Source of the DNA: Bdellovibrionia bacterium | GTDB taxonomy: Bacteria; Bdellovibrionota; Bdellovibrionia; Bdellovibrionales; JAUICD01 | Direction: 5' to 3' | Assembly (NCBI GenBank): GCA_030427965.1 | Contig: JAUICD010000001.1 | Coordinates: forward strand, 18,625-82,624 | Length of the DNA: 64,000 nt | Part shown: piece by piece, positions 17,369 through 26,920 of the stretch | Numbering within the stretch: position 1 is the stretch's first letter | How the letters are laid out: every line of letters starts with the position of its first letter | The notes under the pieces: generated by a model | Told to the model about the DNA's origin: nothing | Seen by the model: the letters and a program-made list of their open reading frames with translations, nothing else | The model's database searches: none | Program-made: the position numbers and the translations under genes

Positions 17369-18030
17369 GTCATCTCTCCTAGTAACGTCCGCAAAGTTTG
17401 TGCGAGCTGTGTCTTTTTCTCAACCCTATTGGAAAAACCATTGTGATAAATGGTGGCTTTGTGAGTGTTGGTTTGGATGTCATTCATATCATTGTACACA
17501 AGAGCATCAATATTTGGATTGGCTGCAGCTTGTTCCGCAATTTCTTTTTGAATATTACGATCTTTTTCCAGAGATAGTTTGAAACCAACTACAAATATTT
17601 TCTTATTGATTGAAAATTCCTTGATAACATCAAGCAACTTTGGGTTTTTCTTGAAAGTGACATTGAGATCGTTTCCAGAAGAGAGCTTTCCGCGTTCTCC
17701 AGGGGTATGTTCAATTCCACCAGAAATGACTTTTTCAATAGAAAAATCGCTCACAGCCGCAGAGTGTATGGCGGCTGTAAAGTGAACTTGTGAAAGCACG
17801 GTGTGCATAGTGGATCTCAAATCTTGAAAAGATGAAAATGGAATTTTTTGTATGCTTGTACCATTGGGAAGAGCTGCGTTTTGGCCATGAAGGTAGATCA
17901 CTTCCCAGCCCGCACTGTTAAACTCATCAGCAATAGTGGCTCCAGTTTTTCCAGAGCTAAAATTTGTTAAATAACGTATTCCATCCACGGGTTCAATTGT
18001 TGCTCCGGAGGTAACAAGAAGTCGATTCAT
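17365..18030 (-). CDS. coaB: Phosphopantothenate--cysteine ligase (stand-alone CoaB)
   Basis: '[26 protein letters not shown]'. An ATGA overlap occurs at both its start (with coaC) and its end (with coaX). Confidence 0.85.
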   Translation of the reverse strand: MNRLLVTSGATIEPVDGIRYLTNFSSGKTGATIADEFNSAGWEVIYLHGQNAALPNGTSIQKIPFSSFQDLRSTMHTVLSQVHFTAAIHSAAVSDFSIEKVISGGIEHTPGERGKLSSGNDLNVTFKKNPKLLDVIKEFSINKKIFVVGFKLSLEKDRNIQKEIAEQAAANPNIDALVYNDMNDIQTNTHKATIYHNGFSNRVEKKTQLAQTLRTLLGEMT

Positions 18031-18569
18031 CCCAAATTCTCCTTGATAATATTGAACATACTTTCAGATTCAATGAGTCTTCCCTCACCGTACTCGCCAC
18101 ATGCAAGGCTCCCGGTTTCACCAAGTGCAATTTTACATCCCCAAGTTTTGAGTGTTTCAATATTCTTTTGAGTGGCGGGGTGGAGAAGCATTTGAGTGTT
18201 CATTGCCGGGGCAACAATGACAGGCTTTTGAAAATTATTGGCTAAAAATAAACTTGAAACTAAGTTGTGTGAAAGCCCTACAGCAAACTCAGCAACAGTA
18301 TTTGCAGTAGCTGGGTATATGACTATTGCATCAGCCCATCTGGTGAGATGGATATGATCCATTTGCTGACCTTCTTGAAAAATATCGGAGTGAACGGAGT
18401 TTCCACTAAGACCCTCAAATGTTGATGAACCAATAAACCTCTTTGCTGACTCAGTCATTGCAACTTGTACTTTGTAAGAGTTTTTCACAAGCAAAGACGT
18501 CAGTTCACATGCTTTGTAAGCAGCAATAGAACCCGTGACCATTAATAATATATTCTTAGATACTGACAT
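18027..18569 (-). CDS. coaC: Phosphopantothenoylcysteine decarboxylase (stand-alone CoaC flavoprotein)
   Basis: 'ILLMVTGSIAAYKA' and 'VAPAMNTQM'. 180 aa, ending in what would be the linker of a fused Dfp. Confidence 0.85.
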   Translation of the reverse strand: MSVSKNILLMVTGSIAAYKACELTSLLVKNSYKVQVAMTESAKRFIGSSTFEGLSGNSVHSDIFQEGQQMDHIHLTRWADAIVIYPATANTVAEFAVGLSHNLVSSLFLANNFQKPVIVAPAMNTQMLLHPATQKNIETLKTWGCKIALGETGSLACGEYGEGRLIESESMFNIIKENLG

Positions 18570-19308
18570 TGTCGATCAACCGTATTCCTTCCAGTTCGAC
18601 AGCAGCAAGGCGTCTGCCATCCATTTCTTCAATGTACTCTACGTTGAAGCCGCTCTCTTTTAGTTTTTGATTTGCTTCAGCGCTGTTTTGAGCATTCTTA
18701 ATGACTTGATAGAGATGAGAGGCTTGTTTCTGACCTTTTTGAGAGAGTCTTTTGTTTCTTGAGCTCATTGCAAGCCCAGAGCTTTCTCTAACTATCGGAC
18801 AAGGTATGATTTCAATATCTAGGAAAAAAGCATCATTCATTTTTTGAATAAGTAACATCTGTTGATAATCTTTTTCTCCAAAGTAAGCTCGCTTTGGGCG
18901 AACGAGATTGAATAACTTCATGACAACGGTCAAAACACCATCAAAGTGCCCTGGACGATGTTCTCCACAGAGTTTGAGGCTGAGATCTTTTTCGGTAATG
19001 GAATATCTGTAATTGTCGGGATAGAGATCTTCAAACTTTGGTGCCCACACAGCCTCTATATCCACTGAGCGTAATTTTTCTAAGTCTTCCTCTAAGGATG
19101 CGGGATAGTTTTCTAGATCTGAAGTGTTGTCGAATTGAGTGGGGTTTAAAAAAATACTCACAACTGTTTTGTCATTGTTTTCTTTTGATTTACGAATGAG
19201 TGATAAATGTCCATCATGAAGTGCACCCATAGTTGGGACAAATCCAATGTTGTCGCTAACTGACAATCTCCATCTTTTTAAATCTTTAACAGATCTAAGG
19301 TGTTTCAC
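18556..19308 (-). CDS. panC: Pantoate--beta-alanine ligase
   Basis: 'GFVPTMGALHDGHLSL' (HIGH-like motif), 'FGEKDYQQ' and 'MSSRN'. GTG start in a GTGA overlap with panB. Confidence 0.95.
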   Translation of the reverse strand: MKHLRSVKDLKRWRLSVSDNIGFVPTMGALHDGHLSLIRKSKENNDKTVVSIFLNPTQFDNTSDLENYPASLEEDLEKLRSVDIEAVWAPKFEDLYPDNYRYSITEKDLSLKLCGEHRPGHFDGVLTVVMKLFNLVRPKRAYFGEKDYQQMLLIQKMNDAFFLDIEIIPCPIVRESSGLAMSSRNKRLSQKGQKQASHLYQVIKNAQNSAEANQKLKESGFNVEYIEEMDGRRLAAVELEGIRLIDNVSI

Positions 19309-20096
19309 CTGTAGGATTCCTTTTCTGTTGGAAAGTGTCTTTTTTTGACCTCAGAGTTATAGAGATTTATGGATTCAAGAAATGCTGTATGCCCATCCAA
19401 GTATGTTTTCAAAAAATGTGGTTTGAATTGTGAATTCATTCCGAGCAAATCTTGTAGCACTAAAACTTGTCCATCCGTATGGACTCCGGCTCCAATCCCA
19501 ATTGTTGGAATTTTTAGTTCTTTTGTAATAATAGTTCCAAGTTCTAGTGGAATGCACTCCAGCACCAGTGCAAAAGCTCCGAGTTCTTGAAGTTTCTTAG
19601 ACTTTCGAAAAATTTCTTTAGAAACCTGTTCGTCACGACCTTGTACTTTGTATCCTCCAAGCTGATGGACAGACTGTGGTGTAAGTCCAAGGTGTCCCAT
19701 AACTGGAACTCCAGATTCAATGATGTGCCGAATGATTTCTTCGTGACCATCGACTTCTTCAATTTTCACGCAATTGGCGCCAGCTTTCATAATCTGATCA
19801 ACAGAGGACATGGCTTTTTCAATACCGCATCTCACACTTAAGAAAGGCATGTCACCAATAATAAATTTATCTGGCGCTCCTTTTCTTACGGCACGCACAT
19901 GGGTAGCCATCATTTCTGAAGTGGCATTAATTGTGGAGTCTTCGCCGTGCACAACCATTGCGACACTGTCACCGACTAATATGCAGTCCACATCAGAGGT
20001 ATTCAGAATTTTTGCAGACCAAGCATCATAGCATGTGACCATTGAAATTGGCTGAGAAGCCTTTTTCATTTTTTGAAAATCAATGATGGAGTTCAC
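19305..20096 (-). CDS. panB: 3-methyl-2-oxobutanoate hydroxymethyltransferase
   Basis: 'MVTCYDAWSAK', 'LVGDSVAMVVHG' and 'GANCVKIE'. Confidence 0.95.
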   Translation of the reverse strand: MNSIIDFQKMKKASQPISMVTCYDAWSAKILNTSDVDCILVGDSVAMVVHGEDSTINATSEMMATHVRAVRKGAPDKFIIGDMPFLSVRCGIEKAMSSVDQIMKAGANCVKIEEVDGHEEIIRHIIESGVPVMGHLGLTPQSVHQLGGYKVQGRDEQVSKEIFRKSKKLQELGAFALVLECIPLELGTIITKELKIPTIGIGAGVHTDGQVLVLQDLLGMNSQFKPHFLKTYLDGHTAFLESINLYNSEVKKRHFPTEKESYR

Positions 20097-20814
20097 TTTG
20101 TTCCTCCTTCTTTAGAGAATAGTAGGCAGATACGAATGCTTTATAAACCTTTTGATAACTGTCTCCTTCGAGAGCTTTTAGGTTTTTATCAATAGTATCA
20201 AAATCTCTTCGAACAAGTGGCCCGGTTAAAGATTTGTGACCATGGCTTGAAATATTTTTAAATGTTTGTTCCAAAAATGGTTGGAGAATTTCACGTGGAA
20301 GTCCAAGTTCGGATTCAAACTTGCTCATAGAGTTGCTCCACAAAAGCGTTGTGAAGTTTCCAGCCATAACACAAAGAGCGTGGTATAGGGGTTTTTGTTC
20401 AGGTCGAATTTTAAACTCTGGGTTTTTAAGGTTTGGGAAAACTTCAGAAAAGGAAATTTTGCTGATCTCACTTATAATTGGAATAGATCTGTAGTATTCA
20501 ACGTCATAAAGAGATTCTCGTTGAAATGTAGAAAGTGGGTGAAAAGACTGTGCATTTGAAAGTGTTAGACTTCCAGAGAAATGAATCAATTGCTTTGCTT
20601 TTAACCAAGGGTAAGTTTCGATAAATTGACGAATGGAAGTGTCGGAAATAGCAAGTAAGTATGTTTTGGAGCTTTGGAACTTAGAAAGAGGGTCACCTGA
20701 TTTTCGATACCAGTGATCCAATGGAATTTTTTCTTGAGAAAAATAAAACTTAAAATGTTGAGCCAGACGTCCATTCCCAATCAGAACGACTTTGGCTTCT
20801 GGTACCTGTCGCAT
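20080..20814 (-). CDS. Rossmann-like + DUF2520 domain protein, PanG-type ketopantoate reductase candidate
   Basis: N-terminal 'VVLIGNGRLAQHF' is Rossmann-like. 'SFHPLSTF', 'LYHALCVMAGNFTTLL' and 'LTGPLVRRDFDTI' match the DUF2520 pattern. It is the first gene of the pan operon, overlapping panB by 17 nt. Confidence 0.6.
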   Translation of the reverse strand: MRQVPEAKVVLIGNGRLAQHFKFYFSQEKIPLDHWYRKSGDPLSKFQSSKTYLLAISDTSIRQFIETYPWLKAKQLIHFSGSLTLSNAQSFHPLSTFQRESLYDVEYYRSIPIISEISKISFSEVFPNLKNPEFKIRPEQKPLYHALCVMAGNFTTLLWSNSMSKFESELGLPREILQPFLEQTFKNISSHGHKSLTGPLVRRDFDTIDKNLKALEGDSYQKVYKAFVSAYYSLKKEEQSELHH

Positions 20815-20960
20815 CGATCAAGTCCTTTGCTTACCTAGTCTTTTCTTGTAGTCACCTTTCATACGAATAGGCGCTAACTTAGGTTTTAGAGCATGCTTGT
20901 CACTTAGGCAATTTGATTTTCTTCACTTGGTTAAAACCCTGCCTTCTGTTAGATAGGGCT

Positions 20961-21677
20961 ATGAAAAATCTCTACTGGTGGATTTTGGGAGCTGTATTTC
21001 TTGTGGTTTTAAGCCTTGCATTGGTTTTTGGCGTCCGTCCTAAGCCTCGTGGTGTCATAAAGCCTTCAAATTTTGAAACAGGTCATATTGTGGGCCAAAC
21101 AATCTATAAACAGCTCTATTTAAGGTTTGAACCGTTTCAAATTCTTTTATTTGGAGAAGGAGACAAGGTTTTTACCCAAGAAGTCCTTTTTGGGTTTTTG
21201 AGGGAGAGTCGGAAGTTTGGTCCTGGAGTAGATCGCATTATTGCAATTGAAGACCTTGAAGGGGTTGAAGAAGTAGAGGTGACTCGTATTTCTCGGACAT
21301 CTAGCGTTTTGGTGGAGGTTGTTCGTCAAGCCTTAGATGCTAATGAACGAGTTTTGATTTATGGTCTAGCAGGAGACACTCCTCACTTTCATCCAGATAA
21401 TCTTGTGAACTATTTAGAAAAAAAATTGAAAACAAAAGCTCTGTCGTTTTCGTTTACAAACTTCAATTATGTGTATGATGTAAATGGCATCAATGAGGTG
21501 GAGTGCAGGAGAAACTCAAAAGAGGGGAACCAATTCGGGCATTTGTCATGTCTTGCTGTTCGAAAATCTAAGTGGCTTAAACGAAATCGTAAAGTGGATA
21601 TCAATAAACCTGTTGTTACTATGGAGCGAGTTGGGGAGCTGGACTATGTTATCTACTCTAATAAAGATGGGCGTTAA
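20961..21677 (+). CDS. Membrane-anchored hypothetical protein
   Basis: ATG 20961 gives 'MKNLYWWILGAVFLVVLSLALVF', a single N-terminal TM segment. No recognised motif. Confidence 0.5.
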   Translation: MKNLYWWILGAVFLVVLSLALVFGVRPKPRGVIKPSNFETGHIVGQTIYKQLYLRFEPFQILLFGEGDKVFTQEVLFGFLRESRKFGPGVDRIIAIEDLEGVEEVEVTRISRTSSVLVEVVRQALDANERVLIYGLAGDTPHFHPDNLVNYLEKKLKTKALSFSFTNFNYVYDVNGINEVECRRNSKEGNQFGHLSCLAVRKSKWLKRNRKVDINKPVVTMERVGELDYVIYSNKDGR

Positions 21678-21696
21678 AATAGATGCCAGACACCTA

Positions 21697-23076
21697 TTAT
21701 TGAAAGATTTCATGTGGAAGAGTGTTGCGAGGCCCTCTCAAATAGCTTCGAGGGGATATCTTTAAAAAATCAGCGAGTGTGGGCATGTAGATACAGGCGT
21801 ATCTCAGAACCTGGCCAGCAAAGTAGCTTTCCTCATTTCCTATCCGCATTACTTCACCCCAGTGCGGATTGAACATAGACTGATGTTTGATAATGTTTTC
21901 ACTAATTTTTGAATCAACATCACTAATTTGACTTTGAAGTTCTTGAAATCTCTCGTCGTCAATTTCACCACCAGTTTCTTTTTGTTTGGTGATAATTTTT
22001 AAAACTTCTCTTTCAAGAGGTTCTTTTTCTTTCATGAGATTGGAAATTTCTTTGTCGATGGGTTGAGCTTTTTTAAGAGTTTCAATTTCTTGATCCAGCT
22101 CTTCAATGACAAGACCAGTTCTCCAGTTACAATCCTTTTTGAGCCTTACGACATCACCATATATGTGGTCTCCAATATAAAGTATGTCCTCACCACTGAG
22201 TCCCAATTGGCCAGTGAAGGTTTGCGCATTTCCACCTTGGAAGACCCCATGGGTGAGGTCTTTGGATTCATTTGTCATAAGTCCGGTTTTAGGGTCAATT
22301 CTTAAAAATGGAAGATCGTCTTGAAAAAATCTTGGCTTCTGTGAACCAGTAATGACTATTTCAAATAGATCCAGCCAGCTTTTGTGTTTGGTTAGAAATG
22401 GATTGATTGTATAGTCGAGCAGCAATTTGGTGTATGGAAAATAAGAATTGGTTAATACAAAGACCTTTTTTCCGTGTTTTTTAAGGCGTTCAATGCCAGC
22501 AGCGACTTCGGGTTCACGAATAATATAGTGATCTAAGTTGTTTTTGACTTCGTCTTTGAGCGTACCATCTGAGTGAGCCTCATCAATACAAGTGATGATG
22601 TCATTGTTCATTTCTTTAAACGAAGGAAGTGTATCTCGGCACTCGCCTTCTTTGAGATCTACAAGTTGTGCAAAGAGGTGAGCGGCGGCAACAGAAAAAG
22701 CTGTGTCAATAGCTGCATAGTCGGTGTCCGCAAGGTCAATGTAGGTACTTTTATAAAATCGTTTTTGCAAATTGTAGTCGATTTTCTTTTGGCCATGATA
22801 GCTTGTACGAATTCCTGCAAATTGATTGAGTTTCAGCAGATTCCCGTTTTTAAGATCTAACACAAGGCCACGAATAACTCTTTCGTAGTCGAATGGCAGA
22901 CTGTGGATTTGCTTTGGATATCCATAATTTGCTATCAATTTTTTTAAAGCCACTTGGTGCGTGAGTTTTTCAAAATTTACAGCTTTGTATCGAACCAACG
23001 TATGATCCATATCAAAACCAATATATTTGATTTTTCTTAAATTGAGTGTGCGATTTGCAAAAACTTTTTGTTCCAT
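21697..23076 (-). CDS. HAD-superfamily 5'-nucleotidase, cN-II (cytosolic purine 5'-nucleotidase) family
   Basis: 'IGFDMDHTLVRY' is HAD motif I (DxDxT). 'VFVLTNS' and 'ILYIGDHIYGDV' are motifs II to IV. The size and the C-terminal 'NEESYFAGQVLRYACIYM' are typical of the PF05761-type family. Confidence 0.8.
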   Translation of the reverse strand: MEQKVFANRTLNLRKIKYIGFDMDHTLVRYKAVNFEKLTHQVALKKLIANYGYPKQIHSLPFDYERVIRGLVLDLKNGNLLKLNQFAGIRTSYHGQKKIDYNLQKRFYKSTYIDLADTDYAAIDTAFSVAAAHLFAQLVDLKEGECRDTLPSFKEMNNDIITCIDEAHSDGTLKDEVKNNLDHYIIREPEVAAGIERLKKHGKKVFVLTNSYFPYTKLLLDYTINPFLTKHKSWLDLFEIVITGSQKPRFFQDDLPFLRIDPKTGLMTNESKDLTHGVFQGGNAQTFTGQLGLSGEDILYIGDHIYGDVVRLKKDCNWRTGLVIEELDQEIETLKKAQPIDKEISNLMKEKEPLEREVLKIITKQKETGGEIDDERFQELQSQISDVDSKISENIIKHQSMFNPHWGEVMRIGNEESYFAGQVLRYACIYMPTLADFLKISPRSYLRGPRNTLPHEIFQ

Positions 23077-23079
23077 AAC

Positions 23080-23433
23080 CTACTTTTCTGTTATCAGTTT
23101 CAATTCGTTCCAGTGAATCATGCCACCAGCCATATTGTAGGCTTCTTTGAAGTCATTTTGGTGGGCAAATTGAGAAGCCATTGCAGATCGGCGTCCACTT
23201 CGGCAAATAAAAATAATCGTCTTTTCTTTTGGTAGATTGGGCCATTTTTCTTCAAGTTCCCCAAGTGGTACTAGGGTCGCCCCAGGGATGTGCCCTAATT
23301 CTCCTGTAAATTCATCAGGTTCTCTGACATCAAGAACTGTAAGCTCTGCTTTGTTCTCCAAAACTTCTTGTGGTGCAATATCAAATACTCCAGGGAACTC
23401 TTCATTTTGAACTGCGGAATTGAACTGCATCAT
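23080..23433 (-). CDS. Rhodanese-like sulfurtransferase (single domain)
   Basis: Active-site loop 'CRSGRRS'. 117 aa. It lies 3 nt upstream of the cN-II gene. Confidence 0.85.
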   Translation of the reverse strand: MMQFNSAVQNEEFPGVFDIAPQEVLENKAELTVLDVREPDEFTGELGHIPGATLVPLGELEEKWPNLPKEKTIIFICRSGRRSAMASQFAHQNDFKEAYNMAGGMIHWNELKLITEK

Positions 23434-23509
23434 TTACCTCCAATTGATTTACACGAAACGAAATTCTCAATAGAGTGATTTTGACACTTTTTGAGAGGAA
23501 AGACCAGTA

Positions 23510-24760
23510 ATGCCCGAGATGAGCCCTAGCCAGTTTGACGCGCTTCAAGCAATTCAAAGCCATCAAAACATTTTTATCACAGGAGCTGCTGGGACGGGAA
23601 AGAGTTTTCTTATTCAGCAATATATTGCAAATCTTGATCGAAAAGTTTGGCCCGTACTTGCTAGCACAGGTGCTGCTGCAATTCGTATCAATGGACGAAC
23701 TTTTCATAGTTTTTTTGGACTTGGCATTATGGAAGGGGGCTATGAGGCCACTATAGAAAAGGCCCTCAAAGACAAACGTGTGGCCCGACGTTTAAAGAAA
23801 GCAAAAGGCATTGTGATTGATGAAATTTCGATGATTCCAGCTCCTGCTCTTCGTGCGGCTGAAGAGATTTCAAGATGGGCAAGAGATTCAGATTTGCCTT
23901 GGGGAGGGCTACAGGTTATTTCGGTGGGAGATTTTTTTCAACTCCCCCCAGTGACTCTTCATGGACAGCGTCGTGATTGGGCCTTTTTAGATCCTGTTTG
24001 GAGAAACAGTGAGTTTCGTCCTGTGGTTCTTAAGGAAATCATTCGCTCTAAGGATGATGAGTTCCTGGATGTACTAGGTGACATACGGTTGGGCGAGGTC
24101 ACTTCAAGAGTGAAGAGTTTTTTGGACTCAAAAATTATGGACCCTGATGATCAAGTTGTGGGTACAAGGCTCTTTGGCCGAAGAGTGCACACTGAGAAAT
24201 ACAACTTGTCTGAGTTATCAAAACTGATGGGTGAGGCCGTTGTTTATGAGACAGAGTATACAGGGCGAGATTATGGGGTTCGTTCACTTAAAAAACAGGC
24301 TCCTGTGCCAGAGAAACTCGTACTCAAGCGCGATGCATTTGTGATGATTCGTCAAAATGACCCTCAAGGTCGATGGGTCAATGGGACTCTGGGAAACGTG
24401 AGGGGATTAGAAAAAGACAAGATTCTGATCGAAACTCTTGCTGGCGCTGATATAGAGATTAAGAAATCGAGCTTTGACTTACTTGATGCAGATTCAAAGG
24501 TGATAGCGAGTTGTTCAAACTTTCCAGTCAACCTGGCCTATGCAACCACAATTCATAAAGCCCAGGGGGCAACGCTTGATGCTGCTGTTATAGACCTTGA
24601 GAATCTTTGGGAGCCAGGCCAAGCTTATGTTGCTCTGAGTCGACTTCGATCTGGAGAGGGACTCTATGTGACAGGATGGTCTGAGCTGTCCATTCATATT
24701 GATCCGCAAGTTAGAACGTTCTACGAGTCCTTGGAAAATCCCGAAACATTTGAGATATAA
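23510..24760 (+). CDS. Pif1/RecD-like SF1B DNA helicase (compact, 416 aa)
   Basis: Walker A 'GAAGTGKS', Walker B 'IVIDEISM', 'VGDFFQLPPV', and C-terminal 'ATTIHKAQGATLD' and 'YVALSR'. Confidence 0.8.
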   Translation: MPEMSPSQFDALQAIQSHQNIFITGAAGTGKSFLIQQYIANLDRKVWPVLASTGAAAIRINGRTFHSFFGLGIMEGGYEATIEKALKDKRVARRLKKAKGIVIDEISMIPAPALRAAEEISRWARDSDLPWGGLQVISVGDFFQLPPVTLHGQRRDWAFLDPVWRNSEFRPVVLKEIIRSKDDEFLDVLGDIRLGEVTSRVKSFLDSKIMDPDDQVVGTRLFGRRVHTEKYNLSELSKLMGEAVVYETEYTGRDYGVRSLKKQAPVPEKLVLKRDAFVMIRQNDPQGRWVNGTLGNVRGLEKDKILIETLAGADIEIKKSSFDLLDADSKVIASCSNFPVNLAYATTIHKAQGATLDAAVIDLENLWEPGQAYVALSRLRSGEGLYVTGWSELSIHIDPQVRTFYESLENPETFEI

Positions 24761-24785
24761 GGGCTTCACATAAAAGGAGATTGGT

Positions 24786-25811
24786 ATGGAAAATCCGATA
24801 GGTCTAAATGGTATTGAATTTGTGGAATATTCAAGCCCAGACTCCGAGCAATTGCCAAAGTTATTTAAGTCGTTTGCGTTTGAGGAACAGGGAAAACATC
24901 TGACAAAAGAGATTCGGCTTTTTCGTCAAGGAGATATCAATTTTCTATTGAATTTAGAGCCGGGAAGCTTTGCTAAGGAATTTAGTCAAAAACATGGGCC
25001 ATGTATTTCTGCGATGGGCTGGCGGGTGGCCGATGCGCAAAAGGCATTTGAAGCAAGTGTTGAAAGAGGGGCGCGTCCTGTTTGTGCGGATGCACTTAAA
25101 GACTACGATTTTCCTGCAATTTATGGGATCGGGGATTCCATAATTTATTTTGTTCAAAGTTATGAAGGAAATGAACCCTATAGAAGGGACTTTGAGATCA
25201 CTGAAGAAATTCCACCGCGTGGATTTGGTTTTACTAAAGTGGACCATCTCACAAACAACGTTCCGGTAGGAGATATGGAGAAGTGGAAGAAGTTCTATGA
25301 AACGGTTTTTAATTTTAGAGAAGTTCGATTTTTTGATATTCGTGGCTTGAAAACAGGTCTTGTTTCTAAAGTTATGAAATCTCCATGTGACAAAATTATT
25401 ATACCCATCAATGAACCCACTGAAAAAGCGAGTCAAATTCAGGAATATATTGATGAATACAAAGGCTCTGGTGTTCAGCACATTGCTCTGCTGACTTCTG
25501 ATATTGGAAAAAGTGTTGCACAATTAAGAGAAAATAAAGTGAATTTTCTTGAAGTGCCTGACACTTATTATGAAGCACTTGGAGAGCGAGTTCCCAATGT
25601 GACGGAACCAATTCCGCGACTTCGTGATTTAAAGATTTTAGTTGATGGAGATGACGACGGTTACTTACTTCAAATTTTTACTCAAAATCAAATTGGTCCA
25701 ATCTTTTTTGAAATCATCCAACGAAAAAACCATGATGGATTTGGTGAGGGAAACTTTCAAGCACTCTTTGATGCTATAGAACGAGATCAAGAGCGTCGCG
25801 GAGTTATTTAG
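24786..25811 (+). CDS. hppD: 4-hydroxyphenylpyruvate dioxygenase
   Basis: 'VDHLTNNV', 'GSGVQHIAL', and 'FFEIIQR...GFGEGNFQALFDAIERDQ' at the C-terminus. Confidence 0.9.
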   Translation: MENPIGLNGIEFVEYSSPDSEQLPKLFKSFAFEEQGKHLTKEIRLFRQGDINFLLNLEPGSFAKEFSQKHGPCISAMGWRVADAQKAFEASVERGARPVCADALKDYDFPAIYGIGDSIIYFVQSYEGNEPYRRDFEITEEIPPRGFGFTKVDHLTNNVPVGDMEKWKKFYETVFNFREVRFFDIRGLKTGLVSKVMKSPCDKIIIPINEPTEKASQIQEYIDEYKGSGVQHIALLTSDIGKSVAQLRENKVNFLEVPDTYYEALGERVPNVTEPIPRLRDLKILVDGDDDGYLLQIFTQNQIGPIFFEIIQRKNHDGFGEGNFQALFDAIERDQERRGVI

Positions 25812-25813
25812 TC

Positions 25814-26911
25814 ATGAATAAAATTGAGGCCATGAAGTTGGCCATTTCCGAAGCCCAAAAGGGTTTTGGAAAAGTGTCGCCCAACCCTCCTGTTGGGTGT
25901 GTTGTTTTGTCTCCTGATGGAGATCTTATTTCAAAGGGCTATCATCGCCATTTCGGTGGGAATCATGCAGAAATTGAAGCGTTGGAAAAGATCGAAGAAG
26001 AAACTTTGAAAGGTGCCCAGGTTTTTATATCTCTTGAGCCCTGCTCGTATGAAGGTAAAACCCCTTCCTGTGCCAAGAGGCTTGCCGCACTTCCGATTGC
26101 TGGTGTTTATTATGGGTCTTTGGATCCAAATCCAAGGGTTAACGGAGCAGGTATTGAGATATTAAAAAATGCTGGCAAAAGAGTGACTCATTTGAGTGAG
26201 TGTGAAGAGGATGCAAAAAGCCTTATTGAGGTTTTTTCTTGGAATGTGAGTCACAACTTGCCCTTTGTGGCAGGTAAAGTTGGAATCACTCTTGATGGAC
26301 ATTTGGCTCATTCTTCTGGGAAAAGTCAATGGATCACGGGTGAGGAATCTAGGAAAGATGTTCATCTTTTGCGGGCCCAGTATGATTCAGTCCTTATAGG
26401 TAAAGAAACTCTTTTGCTCGATGATCCAAGTTTGAATTCTAGGCTTTCTGAATATAGGGATCTTGAAAATTGGGTTATTGTTTTTGACCAGAAGGGGAGC
26501 CTTTTGGACCGAATTGATGAGTTCCAGATCTCAAAAGTGAGGGATAAATCTAAGATATTATTTGTTGTGGATGAGGAGTTAAAGCATAGTTCTTCGATAG
26601 CATTTGGGTGTCCTGTTGATAGCTCCGGATTTTTTGATATTCCAGAGCTTTTAAAACGAATCTATAAAAAGGGGATTTATTCAATACTAGTTGAAGGCGG
26701 TGCTCGAGCTCTCTCATCTTTTGTTGAGCAAAAATCTTTGCACCAAATCTATTGTTATATTGCTCCAATAATTCTTGGTGGAAAATCTGGTATCAACTGG
26801 ATGTCGGATGTTTTTCATACAGATCTTGGGTCAGCGATGTATCTAGAAAACGTACGGCACAAGTCTTTTGGAAATGATATTCGAATATCGGGCCGAACCA
26901 GATACAAATGA
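25814..26911 (+). CDS. ribD: Bifunctional riboflavin biosynthesis deaminase/reductase RibD
   Basis: 'NPPVGCVV', 'HAEIEAL' and 'LEPCSYEGKTPSC' form the CDA zinc site. The C-terminal reductase domain has 'VEGGARALSSF'. Confidence 0.9.
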   Translation: MNKIEAMKLAISEAQKGFGKVSPNPPVGCVVLSPDGDLISKGYHRHFGGNHAEIEALEKIEEETLKGAQVFISLEPCSYEGKTPSCAKRLAALPIAGVYYGSLDPNPRVNGAGIEILKNAGKRVTHLSECEEDAKSLIEVFSWNVSHNLPFVAGKVGITLDGHLAHSSGKSQWITGEESRKDVHLLRAQYDSVLIGKETLLLDDPSLNSRLSEYRDLENWVIVFDQKGSLLDRIDEFQISKVRDKSKILFVVDEELKHSSSIAFGCPVDSSGFFDIPELLKRIYKKGIYSILVEGGARALSSFVEQKSLHQIYCYIAPIILGGKSGINWMSDVFHTDLGSAMYLENVRHKSFGNDIRISGRTRYK

Positions 26912-26920
26912 GTTCAAGCT

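Noticed and set aside
17365-18569. The split coaC/coaB could be a frameshift-inactivated fused dfp gene.
   Set aside because: Both halves are full length with intact motifs. They join by a clean ATGA stop/start overlap, like other junctions in this operon.
24954-25523. 189-aa ORF antisense to hppD.
   Set aside because: It lies entirely within a strongly supported conserved gene. Its translation has no motifs and shows typical antisense composition.
25812-25813. Possible FMN riboswitch upstream of ribD.
   Set aside because: ribD starts 2 nt after the hppD stop, which leaves no room for a leader RNA.
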